From the human T2T-CHM13v2.0 reference genome, Homo sapiens: a stretch of 64,000 nucleotides of DNA. The position numbers and the translations under genes are program-made. Under the pieces are notes generated by a model. That model saw only the letters and a program-made list of their open reading frames with translations. It had not been told where the DNA came from and did no database searches. The DNA lies in assembly GCF_009914755.1 (NCBI RefSeq), contig NC_060928.1, one strand, 5' to 3'. Within the stretch, counting starts at the first letter, position 1. Each line of letters opens with the position of its first letter. Below are positions 1 to 12,571 of this stretch, piece by piece.

Positions 1-632
1 ATTGAATGCATAGACTTAGTTAGCAAATATAAAATAAAGGGATAGTATTTAAACTCAAACTTGACAATTGGCATTTTCCAACGTTTTATGCATTTTAAAA
101 CATTTTATAAGAACAAAGAAAATGTATAATACCACCTAGCCACACATAATCCTTACAAGGCATTAGCAAATGGAAAGAAATATAGAAAAAAATAATGACA
201 AAATCTAATTGAATAGCAGCTCACTACAGCTGTTGCTCAGCACAACTTCAATTTTATTAGATTATCCTCTTTTCGGTGTTCCCGACACATTACAATGACT
301 CACCATCAGACCCCAAAGCTGGGATCCCATGTGTCCTGTTTCTAATTATATTTTGGTAATGCTGTTATCTCCACTTAATTTCACTACTTCACCTACCAGA
401 AGCTAAATCAAATGAAAGGATTCCAATTTAGAAACAACTTTCCAAAAAGAAAAGGAAGAGTTTCTAGCTATTTGTACATGTAGACTGTTTCCACATGATA
501 ATATCAGAATTATTTACAAATTCACTGTTGCTTGTCAGTGAAAAAGTAGGGGATTGAGACAATAAAGCAATGGTTCACAGAGCAAGAGGGAAAGTGGGAG
601 ACGGTTGACAGAGCTAGAAATGATGTTCTCAC

Positions 633-720
633 CACCTCATTTCTTGCAAGAATGAATCAATAGAAGAAACATATGGGATTTGTCTCTGTGTTGAGTATTT
701 CCACATGGTAATGTCAAGTC
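633..720 (-). other. Candidate spliced exon (88 nt), possibly containing a start codon
   Basis: Minus-strand acceptor gttgcttgtgtgtttacag|GA and donor GTG|gtgaga. ATG at 706-704 in ACCATG context stays open to the donor (MWKYSTQRQIPYVSSIDSFLQEMR...). Protein not recognised. Confidence 0.3.
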
Positions 721-1090
721 CTGTAAACACACAAGCAACATGCCTTTGAAGATCAAAAGAAGCCAAGCAAAAAAGCAACTTAGTAGGAATTGGCATTCTA
801 GTCATAAGGAGTCTGTCCATCCTTTCTGAATTCCTTTTCTTCATTTATTCCCTACAATCCACAGTTCACCAACGTCATTTCCTGTCGTGTGATTCTGTGG
901 TGTCTGGATAAACTATATTACAGTTTCTGGAGAAAGAGTCTCCTGTTTACACATCTTCGTATCACAAACAACAGCTGATGGTTTTACACAATTAAATACT
1001 GATGGACCTAATTACCACATAGTATTAGTTGATTAGAGTCATGGCATTTCTTACATTATCTTGGTAGAAAGAAAAACACATATGAAGCAT

Positions 1091-1320
1091 TTTGTTTATT
1101 CCTACATTCAATAAATTGATATTAAACTTCTCTTGTGTGCCAGGGACAGATATAAGCACTAGAGATATAGTATCAAACAAAACAAACAAAAACCCTTGCA
1201 TTCCTGGAGCTCATACTCTAGTTTAAAAGGAGAGACAATAAATAAAATAAATAAATAAACCGTATAATACAGTACATGGTCATAGAGTCACTGAAACAAA
1301 ATAAAGCAGAGAAGGGGATG
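1091..1320 (-). mobile_element. L2 LINE 3' fragment
   Basis: Resembles reverse-complement L2 3' end (cattcaataaat...tgtgccagggaca...ggagctcatactctag). Confidence 0.7.
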
Positions 1321-3165
1321 GGATTGCACTTGGGTTGTAATTCTACTTCAGGGTCTTTCTGTTTGCTTGCTTGTTTCACCTATGCAGACTTCTTTTATTA
1401 ACCTCCAAAAGACTACATGTACTTTCCTAAAGTACTAAAAGAGGTTAATGAAGCTGCAAACCCAATTAATTATTGATTCCTTCAAGGCAAAGACAAATGT
1501 CACTAACAATTTTTTGTGCTGCGAGTCCGTTTGTGTGCGTTTGATGCTTGAGGAGATGGTATACCACTTATACCTCAACTACGTATTGATCTTTGGCTGG
1601 AAAAATTCACATATAATTTTATCAGTGCAAGTAATCATTTTTTATTTTTCATTTATTATTCAAAGCCATGGCATGCGTTGATCATCCATGATACCAGCAT
1701 TAATACGTGACAAATAAGAGTTAATTCCTCAAAGCATCATTTTTCTGTCTTCCCACCAAAAATAGCACTGTCAACTCCAGCTCTTCTAACAGAGAAAGTA
1801 GATTTTTTTCTATAAAATATGCAAATCTGTGCCATGGAAATCTATTCACACATATTATAAACTTAAGAAGCATTAATAGTCAAGAAAAAATGAAAAAAAA
1901 ATAGAATTTTTAATATCAGGTCAAGGGCATACAAGTATATTATCCTCGTTGTCTAGAGTGGAGGGACTTCAAGGCCTGTGATGATCTGAGCCATCTCTCT
2001 CTCTTTCTTTCTCTCTCAATCAAGCAAGCAATAAAACAACTGCATTGCAAAACTGTGTTAGTACTTATATATGTGAATTAATTTGGCATCAATAAAAATA
2101 TGAAATCTCAGAAGCACTGAACCTTAACATTGGATAAGAATATAGCAGTAGATATAGAGTCAGTAGCAATGAATCTCTGTCCTAAAAATATACGAGAAGA
2201 ATAAATACAGATAGGATAGTAATTACCAAATGAACAAAGAAAATTACTATGAATTTTTCATTTTTGGCCAGCTCTGTGATTTTGAACAGTTACTTTATCC
2301 TTGCTAATTTCTCTATTTTTGATCCAAATTTTTGTTAATATCTTTATGAGCCTAGGTCTAATTTAGTGAGTAGGCTTAGTTTGAGATTTGTAACAGATTT
2401 AATCTATATATACTTTTTGTACTCACTTTAAGAGCATTCTTTAAGAACCATACTAAAAAAAAATGCTCAGTTTATCCTGATTTTTTTTCTGTTTGTAACA
2501 ATTATTTTAGCTTTATTTTTCTTTTTTAAAAAATATGTACAGTAATGTTTTTATACTTACTTTTAAATAGTTGTGTACATATTATTCTATACCTCTTGAA
2601 TGTAGGTATTTCCATTGAACTTAGAGCAATAGTTTATTTTTACAAACAGCAGTAAATCAGAGTTCTATATAAATAGGTAAAAACAAAGTGAATGAAATAA
2701 CAATAAAAACGGAATATTTTCAGGGAGAGAGCTACTGAGCAAAGGATTGAAATTGTACTACATTTAAAAATAATTCTTAATATGAAATGAAAATTTCACA
2801 ATAAATATTGGAAAACATATTTCTTCATCCCATAACTTGCACCATTATTTTGCTCGAATTGACAGACCCTTTTTCCAGTGGATATAAGCATAGGGGTCTG
2901 CCCATTACTGAGTTTTCCAGTAATCCAACTCTTCAGCATCACAGCCAGTCAGCATTTTTCCTCTGCTTTTTCCAGATGGTAATGACCCTGGCATTTCTGA
3001 GTCTTCCCAATGCAATTGCTCAGTGTTCCACATAATGAAGAAGAAACTCTGCAGATACCTGAGCAGCACATTAGTTACTTGCTTTGACAGATTAGCAAAT
3101 CCAGAATCTCAAAAAGGGAGCGTGCTTTAGAATCTCACACCCAACACCATTTTGGCTAAAAAGAA

Positions 3166-3233
3166 ATATATAAATATATCTATATCTATATCTATATATA
3201 TAGATATATAGATATAGATATATAGATATATAT
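3166..3233. repeat. (TA)n/(TATATC)n-(GATATA)n self-complementary microsatellite
   Basis: Directly visible. Central palindrome TCTATATATATAGA at 3191-3204. Confidence 0.9.
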
Positions 3234-3320
3234 TGAATCCTATTTCTGTTAAAAGAGAAAGGCATGGTTTATATTTTATAAAATTATTGTTTAATAAAAC
3301 AAAGTAGGTCTGTCACTCAC

Positions 3321-3700
3321 CTGTGGTTCTCAATTCTTAGGAAAATTGAACATGATGAGTCTGTCACGTCCCAGCAATACTTTGCACCATGTAGTGAGTG
3401 TCTTGTCAGCAAAATAGGAAACAGTGTTGAGAAAGTCACTGAAATCATTCAGCTGTACTGGAAAGTTTGCTCTTTGTTAGCAATGCCACACAGGTTTCTC
3501 CCTCACCATGCTTTTGGGGATGGACAAAAAATACCTATCAGGCCAGTAGAAACTGCTTGGGCAACCTGTGAGGGAACAGCTGGCATGTTGAAGCAGTTCT
3601 GCAGTGCAGCCAGCTAAGGGGCTGTTCTCAAAAGCAATTCCCTTCTGGCCAGCTGGCCCAGCCCAGGAAGTTTATGACAACCACAGGGCCCTAGTCTGCT
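3321..3700 (-). promoter_or_regulatory. Candidate first/5' non-coding exon and regulatory segment (upstream boundary uncertain)
   Basis: Consensus minus-strand donor CAG|GTGAGT at 3323-3315. No repeat recognised and locally higher GC. CAGCTG E-boxes at 3450, 3577 and 3650; ETS-like CAGGAAGT at 3665. Confidence 0.3.
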
Positions 3701-3988
3701 TCAAAAAAACAATCTTGTAACAGGAGTTTGTGGATCATGATTTGTGTGAATTAATGAGTACCACATCTCTTTGCAAACCACTTGGCCTCACAGAGTTGAG
3801 CCCGTTCAGTTGCTTGGACATGCAAAAGAAAATAGGTAAACAAAATGCATCAAATAATCTATACTCCTTTTGAGGTTTTAAGAGTCTGTGTGTTGGCATG
3901 GAAATGTTTATATATACAGAGATATATATGTAAACATAGACACAGACACAGGTAGCTGAGTTAGAGACAGAGATATATCCATGTGACT

Positions 3989-4023
3989 GTGTGTGTGTGT
4001 GTGTGTGTGTGTGTTTATGTGTG
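3989..4023. repeat. (TG)n microsatellite
   Basis: Directly visible. Confidence 0.95.
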
Positions 4024-5550
4024 TTGGGGTAGTGGAGGGACATAATTGCGTTCGCATGGTTGTGGAAAGACCAGCATGGAAACATTGGTAGACTTCCATG
4101 TTTAATCTTTTTAAAGATGACTCAGCCTGAAGTTAACATGAAAATAAAGACTACTGATACTCAAAAGGAAAATCCATATCGAAGTTAGAAAGTGACACAT
4201 CTTGGCTCAGGATAGCATCTTTCATGTCATTATATCCAGTACTTGCCTCAAAGGTATCCTTTTTCTAGATGGTGATTGCATATATGGCTTGCTTACTGGC
4301 TTGCAACCCATTACAGCCTTAATGAACGTAAAGATCCAACATAAAAAAGAAAATAATTGGGCAGACATTAAAATGCTGGAATGATGTTACTAACTATGCA
4401 AGGGTGTTGTCACTGCCTTTAGTTTGTCAATTTGCAAAATATTTTTCTTGCAACACGCTCCATTTTTTGTCATTTTCATATTTGGGGAACTACATTATAG
4501 GAAATTACTTTTGTCCAAATGTCTGCAATTAGTGAAAATGTAAACGTTGGCCCTCAAATATTTTAACTACAAAATCTAGAGATATCTTAATAATAACGAA
4601 TTTTGATGAAAAATGCTGTCGTGTTCTATAAAATAACTTGTCAGTGCCTTTTTATCATTCAATAGTGATCAGATAAGGAATCAGTTTTCTTTATAGTTTC
4701 AATGAAGGCATATTTCAGATTAGTATATTATTTAAATGTGCAAACTACAAATTGACAACATCTGGTACTTTAATGAAAGAGGATATGGCACTGGTTGTAA
4801 GATCAAGCTTTTAGGATTTGACACAGGATCTTTATGCATTAAAAATAGCAATGATTAATTCAAGGCTGAAACTGACTGCAGTTTGATGCCCTTTGAACTT
4901 TGAAATGAGAAGATCTGTAGTATCCTCTTAATTGGTACACAAAAGTAACACAGAAATGAATAATGGAAATATGACATACTTTAAAAATGAGAATAGCTGC
5001 ATGATTAATAAATTTTGCATTCAGGACCATTAAACAAAATATTTTTTCTAAGTGGTCATTGAGATCTAATATATTACTGACTATCTCACTATAAATCAAT
5101 GATATTTCATTATTAAGATTATTTTGAGGTAAGTTATTTGTTCATATAGCGAGATTCAAAAATAACATGTTATTTGAAAGAAAAATTATATGACATTGGG
5201 CAATTAAACAACACAAATATGTTTTACATATACAAGTGAAAATTAATATAAAATAATATTATCTATAGGTATCTAATAATTTCTTCAAAAGTATTTAAAG
5301 GAAGACAAAATTATTTTTAAAGATTAACTCAAAAGAAAGCCATAATAAATAACAAATTTTACTCACTAATTAGGGCTCTGTCAGTTGGTGAGAAATGGCT
5401 CAATATACATTTTTTCTTTTACTAAGCACGTTATAAATATAATTACATTTCATTACCAAGAAAAAAATATATTTAACCTTTTTATCTACTTCAAGTGAGT
5501 GTAAAAAATTATATAAAGCCGAAACCTTTATTTGTTGAAAGCAACAAATA

Positions 5551-5602
5551 AAGAAAGTCATTAAGATAATGGAAAGAAAGTCATTAAGATAATGGAAAGA
5601 AA
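5551..5602. repeat. 23-bp tandem duplication
   Basis: AAGAAAGTCATTAAGATAATGGA x2 plus a partial copy. Confidence 0.9.
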
Positions 5603-5940
5603 TCAAGTTTTTTGTCCTTACCACCAATTTATTAATTTATTCAACAACACCTTGAAACAATCTATATTTATTTCTACATCTGAAATGTCATTAAAAATCA
5701 CTTCTAAGAGCTTTACAAACAGCAGGGAAAAAATTTTGTAAAGAAGAATCAATAAGACAATAAATATGGAATTTTATAAAATTTTGATTTTCTTTACAAT
5801 TTCAAAAAGTATTGAAATATTTTTATTGATATTAGCTGTGTAATCTGAAAAATGCAACATAGTTTAGTACTTAAAAGAGGGCATCATAAGTCATTAATTT
5901 TATTCCCAATTTCTATATCTCTGAAATGCTTTCAGAATAG

Positions 5941-6259
<319 letters not shown>

Positions 6260-7167
6260 AGCTTCATATATATTTTTTACACAGGGAGAAAATACGGATA
6301 ATAACATTTGCTTCTTGTCAGAAAAAAATGTTCTAAGGATTCACAGGCTACTCTTAAAAAGTGCTTTGAAGTCTGTAAGGGAAGAGAACTGTGTCATTTA
6401 TAGCTATCAAATATTACTTCAAAACTGAACTATGAATCTTTGCTTATCCAGAATTTCAAAATTAATCTCAAAAGAAAAGAACTCTACATAGCATTTTTTT
6501 CTTGGTTAAAATGTCATGAACTTGGAAAAAGCTTTAGTGTTTTCGGAAAGGATCCATATCTGAACAAATTTTCAGAGTTGAAACTTTTGGAATTGTCTCT
6601 AGGTATTTTAAATAATATATAAATATTAGTATACAAGTGTTGAAATTTTTGCTCAGCAAAAAGGTGGGCTGTGTCTTAGAGGACAACATTAGCACTAAGG
6701 AGAGATAGGTCATCTTCCATGAGCTCCCAAAGCTCTCTCATTTTATCCCACTTTACTGTGAAATAGTGACCGTATTTCCAACAAGATCCTCAATCAAATC
6801 TGAAAGAATGGATGACAGATAGATATTGAATGTTTGAGTATGTAAGAATGTAGAAAGCAAAAGAATGGTGTATATTAGTGTCTTGCACTTATGCTTCAAC
6901 ACATTCAACCCAATTACAAACCTCTTAGAATGAATTATTAACTTTTTCATTGAAGAAAGTGAAGTAAATCATGATTAAATAAATTACGGAGGGTTACAGA
7001 GTTAAATAGTTATTCACTAATAGGTCACCTGACTCTAAATCATTTTTACTTATGAAGTACCAACTAGGAACTAGATAATGTTGCTTAAGATCAGAATGCT
7101 TTATTTGTAGTACAAATGATTGAGCTAATTTGATTACCAGAGATAAAATATTTCACTTAACACAATG

Positions 7168-7265
7168 AATATATATATATGTGTGTCTGTACGTATACAC
7201 ACACACATATATATGTGTGTACATATATACACTGTGTATAATTTATATATATACACACACATAAC

Positions 7266-7312
<47 letters not shown>
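7168..7312. repeat. Compound (TA)n/(TG)n/(CA)n microsatellite
   Basis: Directly visible. Confidence 0.95.
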
Positions 7313-8462
7313 ACTTCACTCTTTTCCCTGATAACACTTTCTCTATCTTCCTGAAACATTTAGAATCAAACTGGATACCTGGCCAAACAGAAAATTACAC
7401 AGAGGCATGAGCTAAGCTCTGCCACATGGTTTCAAATGCATAAGTGTTCAAATATAGAGAATCACAAACATCTGGGGAATATATATGTGATCTGTCTGTT
7501 TAGTATGTGTTGAAAAAATTGAGTAAGATTACTTCTCTGTTTGTTAGTAAAAGAACTATGTAGTTATTTTATTTTAAAACTATTGGTAAGATCATCACGT
7601 CCTAAGTTTATGCTAACACAATCACAGCCTTATTGCCTCTTGGGACTGTTGTAAAATATTAAAAGGGCACACATATTGTACATGTTTGTGGACTAGTTAC
7701 CTAGACATTTACATGTGAGCTTTTCAGTTAAGCATTCCATGCTTTCCGGCTTCCAACATTGGTGCAGTAAAACATCTGAGGAAAAAAAATTTCCAGGTAA
7801 AAGAACTTTACAATATGTATCAATATTATATCTGCATTTTCCACTCATTTCCCTGGGGTATAAATTGAATAGAGAAAAGTTTCTTATATTCAGCTAAAGA
7901 TCCAGTTAAGCACACTAAAGTACATTGTCAGGCATTGGTTAAACTTAACTTCCTGTATGAAGAGAATATCTTTTTCAGAGTGGAGGTATTTTCCCCTGTG
8001 CAGTCATAGTTATATAATCAAATTCTCTTTTCCCTTGTATGTAATATGTCTCCACACTTTAATAGTCATACCTAGTTAAGTAAAATAATAGATGCTTTTG
8101 ATCAAACAATTGGGATACTGTATAAAGCTTGAGTAAGGAAAGAGTCCAGAAATCATTGAGCTAAATACATAGTTTCACCTTCTGGAAAAATCATGCCCAG
8201 GGAGACTGAGTGGACTGTTCTAAGTCACATGGTAGTGATCTAGTCAATAGCCATAGGAATTGTAACAAAGTATCCTGATCCCTAGACTAGTATCTTTCCT
8301 CATGTTATAAATAATTTTAGGTAATAAGTACTGTCATTAGACACAAATTTAAATAGTTTTCAGATTTCAGGGAAATAAAAAAAATACATCCTTACTTGCA
8401 TTGACTTTATTATGATAACATGAAAGAGAACTTTAAAAAAATTGGAATACTTGAGGTTAATT

Positions 8463-8507
8463 ATTTTTTAATTTTTAATTTTTTGAGATGGATTTTCACT
8501 ATGTTGG
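8463..8507 (-). mobile_element. FLAM/Alu monomer, tail-side part (interrupted by ERV1)
   Basis: T-rich tail plus gagatggattttcactatgttgg. The element resumes at 14342. TSD TTGAGGTTAATT (8451-8462) / TTAAGGTTAATT (14425-14436). Confidence 0.75.
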
Positions 8508-9221
8508 TGATGCAGGATGTTTCTCAGTCCTGCTTTGCCAGCAGGAAACTTGTGGCCAGTAGGGCCTCAGCTCATTTTTCCTAATTGCCCCACTCCAGCC
8601 TGCAGCTCCCAGACTGGCCTGGCCTTACCTCTGTTTCCCATCTCATGGGGACGCCACCTGGCACTGGCAAAGGATGGCAGGGCTACAGCTTACAGCTCCT
8701 TTTGCCCCAGCTGTTCAGCGGGTCCCAGGTTCTTGTCCTGCATCCAAGAAGAATGAGGTTATGCTGACAATTGAAGGGTGAGGAAGACAGGGAAAAATTT
8801 TACTGAGTGACAGAACAGCTCTTAGTGGAGAGGGGATGAGAGGGTGATCCCCCACCTGACGTCAGATGGTTTCTCCCCCAGTATGGCTGGGTCCAGGGCT
8901 TTTATGGGCTGAGAATTGGGGAGTGCATGCTGATTGGTTTGTGAGTATGCAAAAAAGCTAAAACAAAGACACTACTCAAAGGTGGGCATGACAGCGTAAA
9001 AAAAATCAGTTAGGGAAAGTTAGGTATATGTAAAATAGGTGAAGGGTGAGGATCAATCAGAGGAAAGTGTGCCAAATGGGAAGTGACATTCCTAATCTGG
9101 TCCATGGATTTGACTTCTGGCTTGGCTTTCAGGCTTTAAACTGTCTTTGGCTTGAAGGTGGGGTTTCACCAGGGACCTTCCCCTATCTGCCTAGGCATTT
9201 GACTGTTTCCTGCCACTATCA
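8508..9221 (-). mobile_element. ERV1 MER4-group 3' LTR (LTR27/LTR1/LTR28/MER52-like)
   Basis: TG...CA termini. Minus-strand TATA-like CATAAAAGCCC and CCAAT. Polypurine tract AGAGGGGAAAAT on minus at 9233-9222. Homologous to 13828-14337 and 46582-47186. Confidence 0.85.
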
Positions 9222-12036
9222 ATTTTCCCCTCTGAAGAGGTACATCTAACTGCCATTAGGACGGGGACGATGACTGATCTTCACTGCTTTCTGCTGACAG
9301 GGGGCACTGTTTTAGGAAGACAGCAGTCAGATCTCCCTCAGAGGCCTGTCTAAGGGTCCCTGTTAAAAGAGAGGCATCATGTGGGGCTCCCATTTGCATG
9401 ACCATTTAGAGTCTGATGGCCTAAATGCGAGAAAAGACAAACTAGGTTATTAGAAGACATGGATCAAAATGAAACAAGGGGGGAAGGACAGCTTAAAAAT
9501 CCCAAGGCTGCCAACATGCCCAGATAACTGGAGGCTATTGTTATACCTGCTAAGACTTGGGTGCATGGGTCATGGCTTGGTTAGCTCCATTGGTCTTATT
9601 TTCCATTATCCATCCATTTTGTTTCATCTGAGCTACAGCCAGAGATCACTGGTTGGTTCACAGGAATAAGCAGGGTTAGTCTAAAATGCAGACAAGAACT
9701 TAAAGACAATTAATGATACTAGAATTTAATGACAAGTGTATGACAAGTTTTGAAACATAATTTTCCATCTCCAATTCTTATTTTTGTTAAAAATAAATCA
9801 TAATAGAATTGATTTGTTTGCAAAATAAACTTTAGTCTTACATTTGGCCTGATTATTTGCATAAAGTGCAGCAAGAATAAATATTTTCACATAGGCTTTT
9901 TAAATTGGCTCGGATGGAAGTCTGTTCCATAAGGAACATCAGGTAAGAATTTTTAAAGCCGAGCCCAGGCGTGGGTTTTAGTCTCAAATACCTATGAATT
10001 GGGTAAATTCCTCTCTTCTTGAGGTCACAAGATAACTTGGGGCTCCTGGACCTGTAAAACATTACATTCTTTACTTACCACCAGTTAGGAACCCCGTACA
10101 GGAACTGTGTAAACAAGGTATGAGGCCAGTTTTCCCAAGGGGCTTTTACTGACTCTGCAAGTCAAGCTTGATTCCTTACAGGGAAGCACATTATTCCAGT
10201 CAAAGCCTTGTCAGTTTCTCCAATTGTGTGCTGTTGCGAAAGAAAATGGATTCTTATTGCTCTTATGCAAATAACTACATTGTCATAAGTTGAGAATATT
10301 CACCAATAGTTTCTAAGTTTTGAGGAAACCAGACAGAGAGAAACAAATATGCTCCAAATTTTGTTCACAAGAGTATACATTATTCAATTCTTAATAGCTG
10401 TAAATAGCTCAAAATAAAAGTTTCCATGACTCTGAAAAACAGTGTTTCAAGCAAAATGTTAAAAAGATTTATTTAGTCTTCTAATTTAGTCCATTTAGTT
10501 AACTCTTGTTCTGCTTGATATTAATGAACATTTCAGTTCTCCATCAGTCCTAAATGTTTTTCCTCTCTTCAAATGTCATAATCTCCAATAAGAAACGTGC
10601 ATTTGAGAGCACCTGTCAAGGTCCTATAGCTGATTATACACCACCTTTTGAAGAGGATTAAAACAAGATAACCATTGTCTGTGAATGACAAAATTGTCTT
10701 CAGGTAGTCATAGTCAAAAACATGACTGACAAGGAAATTTGGTTATTTATGTGGTTTACAATAACTTAACCTAATAACCTTAATTATGAATGATAGGATA
10801 CACTCAGACATTACAGTTTTAGAAATCTCATGTAACTAAACATGTCAAATAATCCTGTTTACCTCTCTTTTGGATGCTTCAGGAACCCTCTGTAGTGTCC
10901 ACAAGTTAGGGGTTAGAAAAGACAAATTTGAAGCTGAAATTTGATTTTTGGAATCCCATCAAATATGTTAAAGGTTTAAAACTTTATATTATCCTTAACC
11001 AGTTTGACCATGAGGGGAGATTCTTATAAACCTTTTATAACCCTTCAAAAATTTTTGTTAAAGTGTAGATCTGTGTCTTAAGAAAACCTTGTTGTGCTTT
11101 GATTTCAATGTTCAGTTTACAGAAAAAACAAATAATACCATTTTGAGTTTAGTCAATATGTTCATACAAAGAATTGCTTTTACAAGATTAATTTTTACAA
11201 ACCGTCCACAACTTATTCAAACCTTTAGCTTTATTTAATTTGAAACAATCCTTTAACCCTCTAAATGAGGCAAAAATTTACATTCCCATGCCTTCTTATA
11301 ATCTTTTACTAAAAACACATTCTACTTTCCTTACACAACTTGCATGTAAATCTATCTTCAGTAGTCTCAATAACATGTTATAATGGTAACTCTTAGTAAT
11401 TTTTAATTTTGGTGTAAAACTTGGCAAGTCATTTTAATTATGTACTAGGTGCAGATAAGGTCTGACTCTTTTCAGCATAGTTAGGGGCATGGTTAACTCC
11501 AAATGACTCTATGCCTTATCAAACTGTAAAACAGGCAAGTCCAACAATTTTCAAAAGCCAAATAAGCAGCTTATAACCTTAAAGCATTTAGGAGACCCAA
11601 TATCTGACCATGTAATTTAGACCACATATTTACATTTTGAAGACATTTTTACTTTGCCAATAACCTTGAAAGCTGCTTTTATTTCTCGAAGATTAAAGTC
11701 ACATGAACTAAAAGGCATTACAGCTTTTATTTTTCCTTTAAAAATATTTGATCTAAGTGCTTATGTTTTCTTTAAGCAAATTAATTAGAGCTTTTTAACA
11801 ATATAAACATGATACAAACTACACATATATAATTACACAGACAGACAGAAAAAGAAACAGTAGCTGTAAGATTTTTCATTTGCCAATTTCCTAATTGATT
11901 TCTGGCCTCAGGGTGGAGCCCTTCAAGAAGCATGGCTAGGAAAAAAATGCAGTTTCTACAGTTTAGTAAGAAGGCACAGCTGGAAGACAAGAACAGATTT
12001 TGAGAGAGATCTATTCACTTTTAACTCTTGGAGTTC
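9222..12036 (-). mobile_element. ERV1 MER4-group internal region (non-coding, HUERS-P/MER52-int-like)
   Basis: Lies between cognate LTRs next to the polypurine tract. AT-rich MER4-type internal sequence with no long ORF. Confidence 0.8.
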
Positions 12037-12571
12037 CGTGATGCTTAATATTGAGTGTCAACTTGATTGGATTGAAGGATGCAAAATACTGATCCTGGGT
12101 GTGTCTGTAAGGGTGTTGCCAAAGGAGATTAACATTTGAGTCAGTGCACTGGGAGAGGCAGACCCACTCTCAATCTGGTTGGGCACCATCTAATCAGATG
12201 CCAGCATGGCAGGAAGGTGGAAGAGCAGACTTGCTGAGTCTTCTGGCCTTCATCTTTCTCCTGTGCTGGATGCTTCTTCCTACCCTTGAACACCAGACTC
12301 CAAGTTCTTCTGTTTCTAGACTCTCAGACTTAACACCAGTGATTTGCCAGGGGCTTTTGGGCCATCAGCCACAGACTGAAGGCTGTACTTTTGGCTTCCC
12401 TACTTTTGAGATTTTGGGACTTGGAATGACTTCTTTGCTCTTCAGCATGAAGACAGCCTATTGTGGAACTTTACCTTATGATCATGTGAGTGAAGACTTC
12501 TTAATAAACTCCCTTTTATATATACATCTATCCTATTAGTCCTGTCCCTCTAGAGGACCTTGACTAATGCA
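12037..12571 (+). mobile_element. MLT2A (MLT2A2-like) 5' LTR of HERV-L
   Basis: gtgatgcttaatattgagtgtcaacttgattggattgaagg start, ctagaggaccttgactaatgca end, AATAAA near 12503. Followed by the PBS-like gattttggtac. Confidence 0.92.

Noticed and set aside
3735-4099. HT- or CV-repeat ORFs, also at 7165 and 41292
   Set aside because: Artefacts of (CA)n/(TG)n microsatellites.
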